Source of the DNA: Octopus sinensis
Taxonomy: Eukaryota
DNA length: 64,000 bases
Reading direction: 5' to 3'
Assembly (NCBI RefSeq): GCF_006345805.1
Contig: NC_042997.1
Span: 119,660,001-119,724,000, forward strand
Position numbers and translations under genes: made by a program. The notes under the pieces were generated by a model that was given only the letters and a program-made list of their open reading frames with translations, did no database searches and was not told where the DNA came from. Shown here piece after piece: positions 41,031 to 54,457 of the stretch; within the stretch, counting starts at the first letter, position 1; every line of letters begins with the position of its first letter.

Positions 41031-41192
41031 ATAACGGAATTAAAATTTTCTAAAGGTTAGTTGCCCGCTTTCAGTTCAATTTTCCTGTAACAAGTGGATT
41101 ATAAGTGGATAAATCAGTGTATTGGTTTTAGAATAACCCTCTTTAGCCCTTAATTATAAGATATATATTATATATATATATATATATATAAT

Positions 41193-41239
<47 letters not shown>

Positions 41240-41592
41240 TATTTACATGGTGTTTGTTTATTCCTTATACAGAATCTGACCACATCTACTTACACCTTAG
41301 ATGCATTTAAGCCCGAAACACGATCATGTACGCGGTTAGCCAACCTTGTAATTCATTTTCTTTCTTCTACTAGCCTATATGTAGTATGTTTTTCTCGGAG
41401 AATTTATGGTGGTAATAATGTCTTTTGTCGTTTAGTTTTCAGTGCGTGGTGAGGCGCAAGACAAGCCCTTATTATAATTATATATATATATTGCACGGTA
41501 CGCAAAGCTCGTTAGATTCTTCAAGGGCAGCATGATGTTCATAGTTAACCCAAAAAGTCAGTCCGGTATTATCCGCACAGAAAGGTGAGTAA

Positions 41593-41887
41593 AATCAAAA
41601 TAAGTAACAGGATATCAAGTAGAAATGCAGTACGACCGTTTCGAGCGACTCCTTTTAATTGAACAAGGCAATCGTTACATTGATTTGAATGTAGTGTTAT
41701 CTTCACCTGCACAAATAAATACATAATATATATTAATGTGTCATACTCGTTAAAATTCCATTTATTTGTACAACTTAGGATAGCATTACATTTAAATTGA
41801 TGTAATGATTGCCTTGTTCAATTAAATGGAGCCACTTGAAATGGTTGTTCTACTCTACTACTTGATACCCTGTTGCTTATTTTGATT
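41593..41887. repeat. Foldback element, ~105-bp diverged inverted arms
   Basis: AATCAAAATAAGTAACAGGATATCAAGTAG..AATTGAACAAGGCAATC vs GATTGCCTTGTTCAATT..CTACTTGATACCCTGTTGCTTATTTTGATT. Confidence 0.7.
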
Positions 41888-42137
41888 ATATATATATATA
41901 TATATACTCACACACACAATTATACATGTTCACGTTTCCGTACGTCTATCTGCATGTGTGTGTATGTGCAAATATATACCTCTGTATATCTGTTTCAATA
42001 TCTATTCATGTCTCTATTTGTGTGACTACCTACCAACTTCCATCTTTATTCAAATGTTTATATATATATTTATATATTTAAAATTAAATAAGGGTAGACA
42101 TTTATATTAAAAAAAAAACGAAGGTTAAATTTTTTTA

Positions 42138-42316
42138 CAAAATTTAGAGGATTGACTACTAAAAGTGGACAGCCTGTACACTAGAAATAGACGTAAAAAT
42201 CGCCATTTTCCCCGGAGAATGTGTTCTCAAGTAAAAAGTCAGCAAAAATGGCGATTTGGACGTCTATTTCTAGTATACAGGCTGTCCACTTTTTGTGGTC
42301 AATCCTCTAAATTTTG
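42138..42316. mobile_element. 179-bp TA-flanked MITE with ~70-bp TIRs
   Basis: TA|CAAAATTTAGAGGATTGAC..AAATCGCCATTTT / AAAATGGCGATTT..GTCAATCCTCTAAATTTTG|TA. Confidence 0.85.
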
Positions 42317-43063
42317 TATATATATATATATATATGAGTGCAGAGTTAGGGCCGTGAGACTGACTCAATATGTGTATTTCTATGCTCTTCTATGAGCTTG
42401 TATTTGTCACTAAGTGCGTTGGTGTCTCTGGATTAATATTACTTTGTATGGAAACATATATAAAACTGGAGATATTATGAATCTAAACTCGTTTATTTTA
42501 ATATGACGAAAACGCTCTTGTCTACCAAAACATTGATATATGAGTTATGGAAAACGAAGTTAGGGATTATACCATGCAGATTTAACATCCATAATTCCTA
42601 AATATTCATGATATAAATTATGGAATTCTTTTTTCCAGAAATATGCATTCAATGTGTGTATGGTGTGGAAGATATAACTTTCTGTACCCCAGTAAAATGT
42701 AATAGATTCCAAATTATTAATAAGTTGTAAGGCAAGAGAATGTCTTCGCTATTTTGATAGGTGATGTAAATATTTTGTATTATCTTTAATTATCTGAAAT
42801 GTTGAGAGGAAACCAAGCGTTATTGTAAAGGTAACGAACATTAAATTTGACAAGTTACGAGGGACAATCGTATGCCGTATGACAATATTTCACTTGAGAG
42901 GATTAATATGATAAACCGATTCGTCAGATACAGCTGCACAACATTTGTAATCTCCATAGTGTATGGAAACACATGCATATACACTGAGTGCCTATATCTA
43001 TCTACGCTATGAACTCCCATAAATAAACACACATATATATATGCATAGATATGCATTGAAATA

Positions 43064-43112
<49 letters not shown>

Positions 43113-43116
<4 letters not shown>

Positions 43117-44528
43117 AGTTATAGAGTGGTTTAAAGGTATTAGCTATAAGAATAATGTAGTTTCACACAATTCGACATTATTGACTTTTACCCGTCGATA
43201 TCTAGGACGTTGCTCCTAAGAGCATTGGACTTCGCCAAGCAGTATGTCAACATCGATAGCTCGGAAATTGAAATTATTATGCATGCGAGGAAATCGCTTC
43301 TGTTTTTCGAGGATTCCACCTGGATTAAGAAGACTGAGGATCTCTTTTCGATTACCGATGGGGCATACGACGGGGCTGAATTATGTATGCTCATAGGAGC
43401 CTTTATTCTCCATAATCTAAAAATAGAATTCCCATTTATAGATGCAGGTCTATATAGGGATGACGGCCTTATAGCCACGCATAATCTAAACGGCCATGAA
43501 TCAGATAGACTTAGGAAGGACCTTATAGCTTTCTTTCAAAGGATGGGCTTACGGATTACGATAGATACTAACCTGAATAGTGTAGATTTTTTAGACGTAA
43601 ATTTTAATGTAAGATCGGATAGATTTAAACCTTTCCGTAAGCCCAATGAAAAGCTATCGTATATTAGCAAAGATTCGAACCATCCACCAGTTATCCTTAG
43701 CAACTTAGTCAGCAATGTAGGTAGAAGAATATCTTCAATTTCTTCGGACGAGGCAGCATTCCATAATGCTGCACCTTATTACGATAGCGCATTAAAGAAT
43801 AGTGGATTCCCGGAGAAGATCCAGTTCAACCAGCTTAATGCTAATAATAATGCTGCACGAAGAACTAGGACCAGGAAAGTTTTGTGTTCAACCCGGCTTT
43901 CAATTGGCCGTAAAGACTAATATAGGTAAGGAATTTTGAGATTAGTCTCTAAGCATTTTAAGCAGGGTCATAAATTCTACAGAATATTTAATAGAAGAAC
44001 CCTGAAGGTTAGCTATTCTTGTTGCAGAAATTTCGCCTCTTACATTAGCCAACATAATAGGAAGCTATTGAGATTAGACATGGTGCCGAGCCCATTAAGA
44101 ATGTAATTGTAAAAACGAAAGCTCCTGTCCGTTAGAAGGGAAATGTCTAGTGAAAGGAGTAGTTTATAGAGCCAAGGTGCAAGTGGAAGGCTCATCGGAA
44201 TACAAGACATACACAGGGTTCAGAAAATTCATTTAAAACAAGATTTTATTCTCATAAGAATTCTTTTAAATACCCAGAGAATAGGAAGAAAACCAGCCTA
44301 GCAAAATATGTCTGGGAACTAAAAGAAAAGGAAGCCCCACCTTTCAACGTGACATGGAGCATTCTGGACAGGGCGGCACCATACAGGCATGGAGCTTACA
44401 AATATAATTTCAAGTGCAAGCTTTGCTTATTAGAAAAAATGCACATATTATTCAAAGACAATAATTCTTTGAATCAAAGAAGTGAGTTAATGAACTTATG
44501 TAGGCACGCGGCTAAATGTCGAATATAA
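43113..44528 (+). mobile_element. 5'-truncated Penelope-like element: RT plus C-terminal GIY-YIG endonuclease
   Basis: FDIIDFYPSI; GAYDGAELC; GLYRDDGL; VDFLDV; SNHPP; after frameshifts KTNIGK..KVSYSC; CNCKNESSCPLEGKCL; GVVYRAKV..YTG; HKNSF; SLAKYVWELK; CKLCLLEK; LNQRSEL..CRH; stop at 44526-44528. Begins directly after (AT)n. Confidence 0.9.
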
Positions 44529-45785
44529 ATATACCATATGGATAGAGTATATATTTTGTATTTTGATTTTTGATTTTGATTTTGACTCTTAAGCGCTACG
44601 ACGGATCTATAGCAAAGTCTTATTGTTTCTACATATATATTAGGAAAAACCTACAAACTTTGTTTTCATGTTATTGTATTGCATAGGATTACCTTGATTA
44701 TTTATATTACCTGATTATTTATAAATGACCCAAAATAGGATGTTATATTTTTTTTATATGTCTTTCGTATATATTTTTATTAATGCACCCATTTTTTAAA
44801 GCAATGTTTTTTTTAAAAAAAAGCAATGTTGTCAAATTTAGAATGTTTATATAAGTTTGTGTATAGCAAAGCATATGTATTTGTAAGCATGCGTATCTGT
44901 GTATGTGTAAGTGAAAGTATGCTTGTGCTTAAGCACGCATACACACGACGGTATGTATATGTATCAATTCAAACTTGTGTATGTATACTGGCCTCTATAG
45001 ATGCCAATAACATCGCTACAAGTTCCCCCCCACCCCTCTTTCGTTCCTTTTTTCTCTCTTTCCCTTTCTTTCGTTCCCCCTCCTTGCTCAGTATATGAGA
45101 ATTGCTACATAGATGAATTTTAGCTTGCGTGCGAGACGGTTTGCGTGAATATATGTACACATGCTTTTATGTGTATAATTTAGATTCAAATTCATACGTC
45201 TGTATATGTATGTATGGCGTTTACGCGCATCCTTTTGTGTATGTTGATATATATATATGTGGATTTTAATATAAATATGTATTGCAGTATTTATAACAGG
45301 TTTAATTTCTATGCATTAATTTGTACTGTCTTCATTAACGGCAATAGGTTTTCCTCGGTTTTTTCCTCGGATTTTATAATTTTTATAATTTTTATAAGTT
45401 TTTTTATATATATATACATATATTTTTGACCTTTTTGTTTATCGCTCGAAGATTGACCGTTTTTTCTAAAGGGCCAATCAAACAAGTCCATTTCTTTTTA
45501 AAGGTGTAGCGTTTGTAAGAGTATAGATTGAATTAATATATATGTTCCATTCTAGCAAAAACTGTCTGATGAACGGCAACGAGAAACTCAGAGTAACAGA
45601 TTTTGTTGAATTTTCTGCTGCTTAAAATAAAGTATATATATATATATATATATGCATAAATATATGTATGGAAATATATGCATGTATGTATATACGTATG
45701 TCTCTCTCTCTATATATATATATATAAATATGCCTGTTCGTTTGTTCCTCTCTTCCTATCTATTTCAATATATATATATATATAT

Positions 45786-45850
<65 letters not shown>

Positions 45851-47715
45851 GTCTGTGTATAAAATTATTTGTATGTATACGTTTGTAAATTCATGTTGCA
45901 AGATATCTGATGTGCAATCGTGTGTTGAAACATATTATTGTTTTCCGGGATGGTCATGTTTTTTTCCCAAATAAACACACGCAATATATATTTGTTTTTA
46001 ACGCATTTATAACTGTTCATTTTTCCTTGAAATCCCACCTACTGAAGAGTACCAATTCGACCTTTATGACGTTCTCTCCGTGGAAATCTTGGTCCATTTG
46101 TCAGAAATAATTATCTGGAAATATAAAATCAGGGGATGATCTACTTTAACATGCAATCCGCTTCAATTCATTTATTTCATGAAAATTATTGAACTTTGTT
46201 CAATAAATGAAATTTTATACGAATCATGTCTTTATATATGTATATATATATATATATATAATATACATGTGTGCATATCTGTACATATAATCAGAGACAA
46301 AGAGAGAAATAGAAAAAGTGTAAATATATTTACGGAGAAAAGTGAGTCTTTGTACCAGCGCATGCATGTGAGAGAGGAGTTTAATTGAAGCCGCCTGTTT
46401 GAAGTAATAAAGTAGTAAATATATTTTGCGTTTGAAATAAAATTTAAAGTGTAAGAGCTGTTCATTTATGCCATGCGGCATTCCCTTGCAATCCAATAAA
46501 TCGAAATAGAAGAGATGATCAAGCAGGGCAATGATATTTCCCGCAAAATATATGTATTTATTTACTATCTATGAAGGGATGATAATTAAGCTTATCAATG
46601 CCAATGTGCATGTAATGTTTATATATGACGCCGAGTTTTATTAGTTTTGAGATAATGAATGCGAAAAAAAGGCAATATTTTTGAAATTAGTTAGGGCGAG
46701 TGGAAACTTTCCAACATTACGCTAAGCGTGAAAATCAAATGGAAAGTATACTTAGAATGAACGTAAAATAAGAATTGTTAACTAGTCAAACGCATATCCG
46801 TTGCTTGAAGAAATAACTTTGAGAAGAGGGATTAATTCTGGTCGGAAGAGATAAATGGAATTTTTTATTGAAATATAAACACAATTAATCAAATATACAA
46901 TATATGAGCAAATTATTTGAGGAAGTGACCCAGTTGATACTTTCTTACCAGTAAGTGACCTCTCTGTAAAATATTAATGGTAAAAAGATTGTACACACAC
47001 GTTTACGCGCATGACCTTCGCGGGAAATGCGAATAAATTGAGCAAGGGAAACCACAATACGATAAAACGTACATTAGGGAGAAAGGAGGGAAACTGACTA
47101 GTCGTGTGAATGTGCATAAAGACAAATTAGGGATTCATCTCTTAAGAATATCTCATGCAGTGAACATCTGGATATCAGGGCAAATGAGAAATTTTAAATA
47201 TTCCCACTGTACAAAATAATCGATGACAATTTACAACGAAAGAATATTTCATAAGAATTCTAAATCCGAAACATACTCATAAAAGATTTTGTAATATTGT
47301 TTTTAATAAAGAATTTTTTTTTAAAAATTACCTTTACACTACACAAGTATTCTTCTCTTTCTAACATGCATATATATTCCCTTTTCTCTATCTGCTTATC
47401 CTGCTAGTACTTTCACAATATTTTATTTACGCTACAAGACACATCTAAATGAAGAGCACATGGAATTAATGCCTCCGCACTATTCATCTGTTATAACTAA
47501 ATATGGACTCCTAACAGAATTTACATACCATGGACAGGAAACCTTTCTACACATTCTACATAGCACTTTACTTGGATAATGAAAATCCAACTGTAACGTT
47601 CAACATATATATATTTATTATCTTATTTCCCTTTATACTTCCTATATCTCTCGCTTTCCAAAATAACTTCTGCTATTGAACTCTACTACTTCCCTCTATT
47701 TATCTTTCTCATTTC

Positions 47716-47763
47716 GTCTCTGATGAAGGGATATCCCTCATATCATTGACAAAACTGTAAGAC
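47716..47763 (+). ncRNA. Degenerate hammerhead remnant (same family as 57205)
   Basis: GTCT-CTGATGA-AGGGATATCCCT...GTA-AGAC; GAAA lost. Confidence 0.3.
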
Positions 47764-47860
47764 TACATTTCTCTTTATAAATGTCCTAGAAATTTCATTC
47801 TGCTTTGTTATCTCATTTTATTTAACCCCACCTCCACACACACACGCATATATATATACA

Positions 47861-48060
47861 TGTGACCGCGTGTGTACCGTTGGCGATTATTTTCCCTCCG
47901 TCTTCCCTCTCTGGATCTTTTTCCTTTCCCTATGTCTCTAACGAAGAGCTCCGCTGGAAACGTAAAACCTTCCTTCCCTTCCTTCCTGAGCGTCCAATAA
48001 TACTATATTTGTTCCACTTGCTCGCGTAGTTGTGTTTTCTCTTGGTGTTTTCATGTTGGT
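47861..48060 (+). mobile_element. Family H1 short repeat with mutated hammerhead (47934-47968)
   Basis: GTCT-CTAACGA-A-GAGC(TCC)GCTG-GAAAC-GTA-AAAC; homologous to 26948-27160. Confidence 0.65.
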
Positions 48061-51000
48061 GAGTGTGTGTGTATGTATCTATGTATGTGTATATATAAAA
48101 TCAAATGAATGATAATAAACGATGAATTATTGTCAGCTCATTAGAGCTGTATCTTACGTAATCTTTGAATAGGAGAATGAAAGCATTACATCATTATAAA
48201 AGACTGTAATTTTCTCCAAGCAAAAGAATATCTTCTTAAACAGTAGATAGGGTTGCAGACTATGCTACACGGAGCTATTTGATATTGTAAGGCGATATAT
48301 TGGTGAAAATGTTCTAAATAATAAACTAAACATTCATCTTTCCGGCATATATGAGGCTACCCGCACGTTTAAATACTATAAGGACATTAAACAACCTCTA
48401 GAACAACCCTTAACCTATGTCCAATCCATCTCACTCTCTTCTCGTACCATTCGTATCTGAGTCGTCATCTTAATTGTTATATATATATAGATTCAGATGA
48501 ATATGATACTTAAGTTAAAGTCACCAGAATTTTGTATGGTATTATCGATATAAATCAAATGGGGGGGATATAATCAAAATAAACAACACCTATATCCAAG
48601 GCAGAGTAGTACAATTGTTTCATGCTACTTCATTTCATTAAACACTGTACGTATTACATCAGTTTTAAAATGTCGAGCAATCTTCAGCCACTTATAGAAT
48701 TTTCCAATTAAACGGACAATGCACATTCTTACCCCCATTTCATTTGCCAACATTATAAAGAGGGTAGATATATAGACAAAAATGTTGATTTCATTCTTAA
48801 GAACATGATAGCAGTATATTCACTTTCTGACTGTAGATTTTATCATTGAGTTCACTTTGTTATTTAGATCTCTCAGTGGGGAGGGGGTTTTATTCTTGGT
48901 TGAATGGAGACAAACAAGAAATTTTTCTATTTATAGATATAGGAAGGGGTCATTGATGATACATATTCGGCATGAAAGCGTGATCACATGGGTGCCTACT
49001 CAGTGCAGTCCAACTACTTTTAATAATTTCTGTGTCTAAAAAACAAACCTTCATATTTTGGAAACCAACTTATAGAAAGCCAACTCATCAGTAGAAAAAG
49101 TACCTGAATAAAAACAGATAAAATCTTGTAACGAATTTTAAGTACACACGGCGAGGATGTTCCTTCATCGGTCATCGAACAAGAGTTATCAGTTCTATCT
49201 CTTTCAATCATAAGTATGTATTGAATAAAATTTACCCTACCGACACTTCTAAAGGAATAACGATTGCATGGTCACGCCATAAATGTTTCTCATAGGTTTA
49301 ATAGATGAGAGCTGTCCTGCACGTAGAATGGTTTGAATGAACTTTGAATGAACGTAGAATGAACGAAGAGTAGTTTCAATGAAACAATGGGCAGCTATGA
49401 ATATAAATCTAGTCTATGCGCAACCTATAGAACTTGATGATATTTTCATCACCGCATAACTCATGAGACACTCATTAATAATGTAATATTATAAGCTGAT
49501 GTTTAGAGCTAGCTGAGGTCATTTAATAAGACATTTCTTACTTTCTTTGTCTCACATTTGCTAATTCATCATATGCATACAACGACGTTCTAGCAGTGTA
49601 ATTGCCAAAAACGTGTTAGTCCCGACCGTCACATTCTTGTATTCAAATGCATTGTTTCGTGGAATAAAGCATTATTTAACCTTTTCAGTTGTTAGGGTGC
49701 AATTGAAGGGAAAACGGATTGGCATATTTAGGATATTTTAGAAAAATATTTATATCACACGATGACGTTTCTAATACGGCTGTTATTTCTAGGAGATCCA
49801 GTTTCTTGAAAGAAAGCTTAATAGTGTCCAGTGTCTACAAATATATTAATCACAGGATATGTTCCATGTCGCCAAAACATTCAATTTCAAGATTCTCATT
49901 TCACTTGCCACATAATAAATATGCGCATTTATGTAAGTAGGCATTCATGTGTGTATTAATATATGTTTAATAAAATAATTCCCAGGAACAAGTGAGCAAA
50001 TGATGTTCCTTACGATATACACACATATATACAAATGAATACACCCACACGTGCATATACAGTGGATGAATGTGCGCACATACGTAAGATCTACATTGTG
50101 CTTTCTCACGCACGAATCGGGCATACGTGTTAATCAAATTAGCACATGTCGTTATAAACAATTCCACAAAGAAGATGTATTGTGTCAATAGAAATAATTA
50201 TGTTGAATTCGTTATATATTCTCTTGGAAAGACGCACTGGCTTATCTAGGGAAAGAGTATTTTATTCATAGAATTAATACAAAACCAATTCTTGTTGATT
50301 CAGGTAGTAGTTACACGAGGAATTATTAATGATCACAATACTTTCATTTCAAGATTTCGCTGTTTCAGGTAGCAATACAAACAGAGATTCCAAGACATTT
50401 GGTAGCAATGAAATATTGGCAATGTACATCCAATCAAACTTGTGTAAAGAAATCGCTAGAATGGATAACGTCTAACAAATTCTATTTGATATCAGAAAGC
50501 ATTTCAGAGAAGGTAGTTATTTACTCTTGCCAATAATGTATAAAGCTGTAACAGTCTCAGAGACCTTTCACATGGAATGCCAAAGGTCTTATAATGGAGG
50601 ATACCAAGCCTACATATATTTCAACTCTGTCCATAATATATAACGACAAAAGCGACAAATAAAGGTAAAATCAATATAGATTTACTCGCTCCCTGGAGCA
50701 ATACTTTATCCACAAAATTATTTGTATATCATTTGGACATTTGTTCATTAGAGTTTCTCCACCAAACATTATTCCATATGCAACAGTTTCACCTTTTATG
50801 ACGTATTACTTTCGTACATTTCTATCTACTTTTCAGAGTTTTGGAAGGATTATTTCACAATTCCAAATATGTTTAACATTTAAAGAATAAATAAAGTAAT
50901 CATTTTTAGTTGCAACTAAAGAACAATTTACAATCAAAAACTGTACTGTTACATTGACTTAAATTTGTAATAAGAGGATATTTAATGAATAGTCAAATCA

Positions 51001-51176
51001 CTGTTATATCTAAATCTAAATGTATTAGGTACCTAATCGGTTAATATATAAGAAAACATTTAAAGACTATTGTGAAGCATACATGTACACGCACAAACAC
51101 GCACACATATTTTATCCCATATATGCTTTATATTCTGCGTAGATGTATGTGCGCGTATGTATGAGTGTGTGCGAGT

Positions 51177-51217
<41 letters not shown>

Positions 51218-51719
51218 TGTGCATGGTATCTGTTTGTGTATTGTAGTATCTTTGGTTGACCCACACCAATGGCTTGACAGCTGGGGCTGGTGTTTTTAAG
51301 ACGAAAGAGACCAGTAGTACATGTAACATGCTTTATAAAAATAAAAGAAAAAGAAAACACTGGTGGTCAATAAGTCCGACTGCAATTCTTCAAGGCGGTG
51401 CCTATGCATCGCCGCAGTCTAACGCGAGAAAAATATCTGACTTCCGCAGGTCCGATGATAATAGACTAGACAAGAAATATGAATTCAACAAGGGCAATAT
51501 GGATAATTTTAACCAGCTATCAGGGAAAGGAATATTTAACAGCAGAAGGGACTCCTGCATTAACACCAACATAGCACAGGCTGTTGTGGGGTGGGGATGG
51601 TAATAAAGCAGGGACCAGCAGTCTAGAGAAGACGACATCAACACAAACCTATATTTTCACAGGTCAGGGAGCCGGAATCATTAAAAATAGCAGCGCGGTA
51701 ATACCTACGGATAAAAAGG

Positions 51720-52200
51720 TTTGGAAATATGGAGTCGATTGAAAAAAAGTGTAGCAGAGATATGCGCAAGGAACTATAACACAATAAATAATAAGAAAAG
51801 CCAATTAGGTCTTTGTAATTGTGTTAGGAATAAAGCTCGCACCTTATACTCCGGATGCTTGACGAAGAACCTAGATGCAAAATCACTTCTCGGGGATGAC
51901 GTAGTTCTGTATTGGAGCCAGCTCGCTAAATCTCAAAAACAGTCTAGCTAATCATTTAGGATTATCTAGGATCGTGCTGAACAGCACGATCCTAAGCAAA
52001 CTAATTACCACCCTTAAAGATAAAAAAAATTGCTCTACCACGGAGTGGGAGATAATTAGTACACCTGAAACGAATCATGCAGGTGTAAGCTTTTCTTTTT
52101 TGAAGAAATGTAACAAAACCCAAGACAAAATACTTAATAGTTTGCTGGAACACGCCATAAGATACTTACATAAACATATCAAAACATACCATCAACAACA
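51720..52200 (+). pseudogene. Second, much older Penelope-like GIY-YIG fragment
   Basis: CNCVRNK..GCLTKNL; CIGASSLNLKN.LANH; STILSKLITTLKDK..WEII; ..CKL: same motif order as 44100-44500. Confidence 0.55.
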
Positions 52201-52270
52201 TAAACATACAACTAACAAAGAGGTGGGAAAAGAATGATAGAAGCACATATCCTAAACTTCCCCAATCAAA

Positions 52271-52667
52271 GCGGTGAGCTGGCAGAAACTTTAGCACGCC
52301 GGGCGAAATGCTTAGCGGTATTTCGTCAGCCTCTACGTTCTGAGTTCAAATTCCGCCGAGGTCGACATTGCCTTTCATCCTTTCGGGATCGATTAATAAG
52401 CACCAGTTATGCATTGGGGTCGATATAATCGACTTAATTCGTTTGTCTGTCCTTGTTTGTTCTCTCCGTGTTTAGGCCCTTGAGGGTAGTAAAGAAATAG
52501 GTATTTCGTTTGTCTTTATGTTCTGAGTTCAAATTCCGCCGAGGTCGACTATGACTTTCATCCTTTCGGGACCGATAAATTAAGTACCAGTTGCTTAATG
52601 GGGTAATCTAATCGACTGGTTCCCCCCCACCAAATCTTCGGATCTTGTGACTAGATTAGAAAAGATT
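52271..52667 (+). mobile_element. tRNA-headed SINE (family B) with internal ~120-bp duplication
   Basis: Head GCGGTGAGCTGGCAGAAAC; two units GGTATTTCGT..GAGTTCAAATTCCGCCGAGGTCGAC..CATCCTTTCGGGA..AATCGACT at ~52318-52436 and ~52500-52619. Confidence 0.85.
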
Positions 52668-53176
52668 ATATGGGCGTTACGTAACCAACCTAATATATAT
52701 CCTGTATAATTTCTGCTACCCAGCATTAATACCATAGCAACGAATATATATGAATATCTTATAATATTACATTACAAGGACTAGACTTGAAAGTAAGGTT
52801 ATAGAGTACCTAATTACTACAATACTCAGCGAATCCTGCGAGAACAGTAACACTAGCCACGATCTAATTATAATCCTGACTTCCACCAGTAACTGGTGTG
52901 AAACCCGGATCAACCACGCAAACTTAAGAAGAGATCAGATTTCAGATTCAAAACAAACTTCCCTCACTTCCGCTCGAGGCCTAACCAACAACAAAAAGAA
53001 AACAGTACCCGTATCAGTTCGCTTCGTGGCCCGCTGTGGCACAGACTCTGACAAAGCTGAACAGAAAATTATACCGGGTTTCATTTGAAAGTGCTCATAT
53101 TCTGTGCAGTAGAACACGTGTAGGTTGTAACAACCATACAAATTTACTGTGTGAAATTGTAAATAAATAAAAATAA

Positions 53177-53414
53177 ATGCGCCCTTTAAAAGCTTAGCCA
53201 GGCTCATGGGCCCGATTTCCCGGTTTCTATGGCGTATGTGTTTTCCAGCTAGGCGGGACGCCAGTCCAACACAGTGGTACTCATTTTTGCTAGCTGAGTG
53301 AACAGGAACAACGTGAAATGAAGTGTTTTGCTCAAGAACACAACGCGTCACTCGGTCCGGGAATCGAAACCTCATGATGTGGACAGCCTAACCACTAAGC
53401 CACGCGCCTCCACA
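53177..53414 (-). mobile_element. tRNA-headed SINE (family C)
   Basis: Minus strand GGAGGCGCGTGGCTTAGTGGTTAGG..GTTTCGATTCCCGGACCG..TTGTGTTCTTGAGCAAAACACTTC..CACTCAGCT.. Confidence 0.75.
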
Positions 53415-54265
53415 TGACATTGTAATGTACAAGGAAATTAATTTTGAGGGTAAACAAGTCTTCATATTCTATATCATTAAAATTATGGCTAATATACGTA
53501 TATATATATGTATATATATATACACGCACAGAAACACAAACTGACATGTACGCTGACACATACATTCATATATAGACACACCACATGAGCACACTAATAC
53601 AAACGCGCAGTAACGTGTGCACGCACACACATACGCTCACTTGTTTCTAGTTAGTTCTGTACCGAGTACGAATTTAAAGCTCTTAAAATCAATTTTAAAT
53701 TATTTTACACTTATTTCTTAAATGTTTTAGAATGTATTTCGCCCCAACATTTTAAGGATTAATTAATTTGAGCATATCATTTATCAATGCAGAGCTATAA
53801 ATTACGATATAATTTGAACTCTATGCTAAAGAAATCAAATTAAATCATATATTTTATTCAATTATTTTTATAATCACCTTTACATTAATTTATATTTCGC
53901 TTACATTTAAATGCTTAAGTATATGAACTCATTGATACGAACAACTTTTATTCGTGTATGTATATTCTTATATATGCGTGGGGACGGACCAGAAAATCAT
54001 ATCGAAATAATTATGATTTAATTTATGTTTTTATGCTTGTCAGCACAGGGTTCCTTGATACGTATATGGCAGAATATCCTATATAATCTACTAAAATGTA
54101 TTAAATCTATTAGAGATTATACACTATTTATAATAATATATCATAATATTATGACAAACAACTTTTCAGAAATCCATATTGTTTTGGGGAATCTAAAATA
54201 ACCAGTGATTATTCGTGTCATTTACGCATAAAAGAAACGTCATATTTACTTAATATGTTACTCAC

Positions 54266-54457
54266 CTTCTGTCAAACATATTGGTCAAAATAAGTCTGTA
54301 GATATTCCGTGAAACTATTGACAGGTTCTTGTTTCCTGTTGTGTTTACTATATGACTGCTTATTTATTTATGTACAAACATGATTCTAATAAACATAAAT
54401 TCCTGTCAAGATGAATATTATAATGCCTCGGTGTTGTTGCTTTCTACAGTATATCAC
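54266..54457 (-). other. Candidate 192-nt non-coding or 5'-UTR exon
   Basis: TTTTTAATATTTTACTTACAG| and AGAAG|GTGAGT; stops in all three frames; ATG TTT GAC AGA just before the donor. Confidence 0.2.

Larger units (their letters stand above)
40255..41162. mobile_element. Penelope-type inverted pseudo-LTR insertion (X-Y .. X-Y') between (AT)n arrays
   Basis: Direct repeat X at 40255-40365 and 40739-40850; inverted repeat Y at 40355-40649 and 40868-41162; each Y carries a hammerhead motif. Confidence 0.75.

Noticed and set aside
45440-45492. Hammerhead-like remnant downstream of the Penelope ORF
   Set aside because: Both core segments are altered (CTCGAAGA, CAAAC) and there is no stem I.
46940-46965. 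15-nt microexon-like segment with donors on both strands
   Set aside because: The quasi-palindromic CTTACCAGTAAG explains both signals; no other support.
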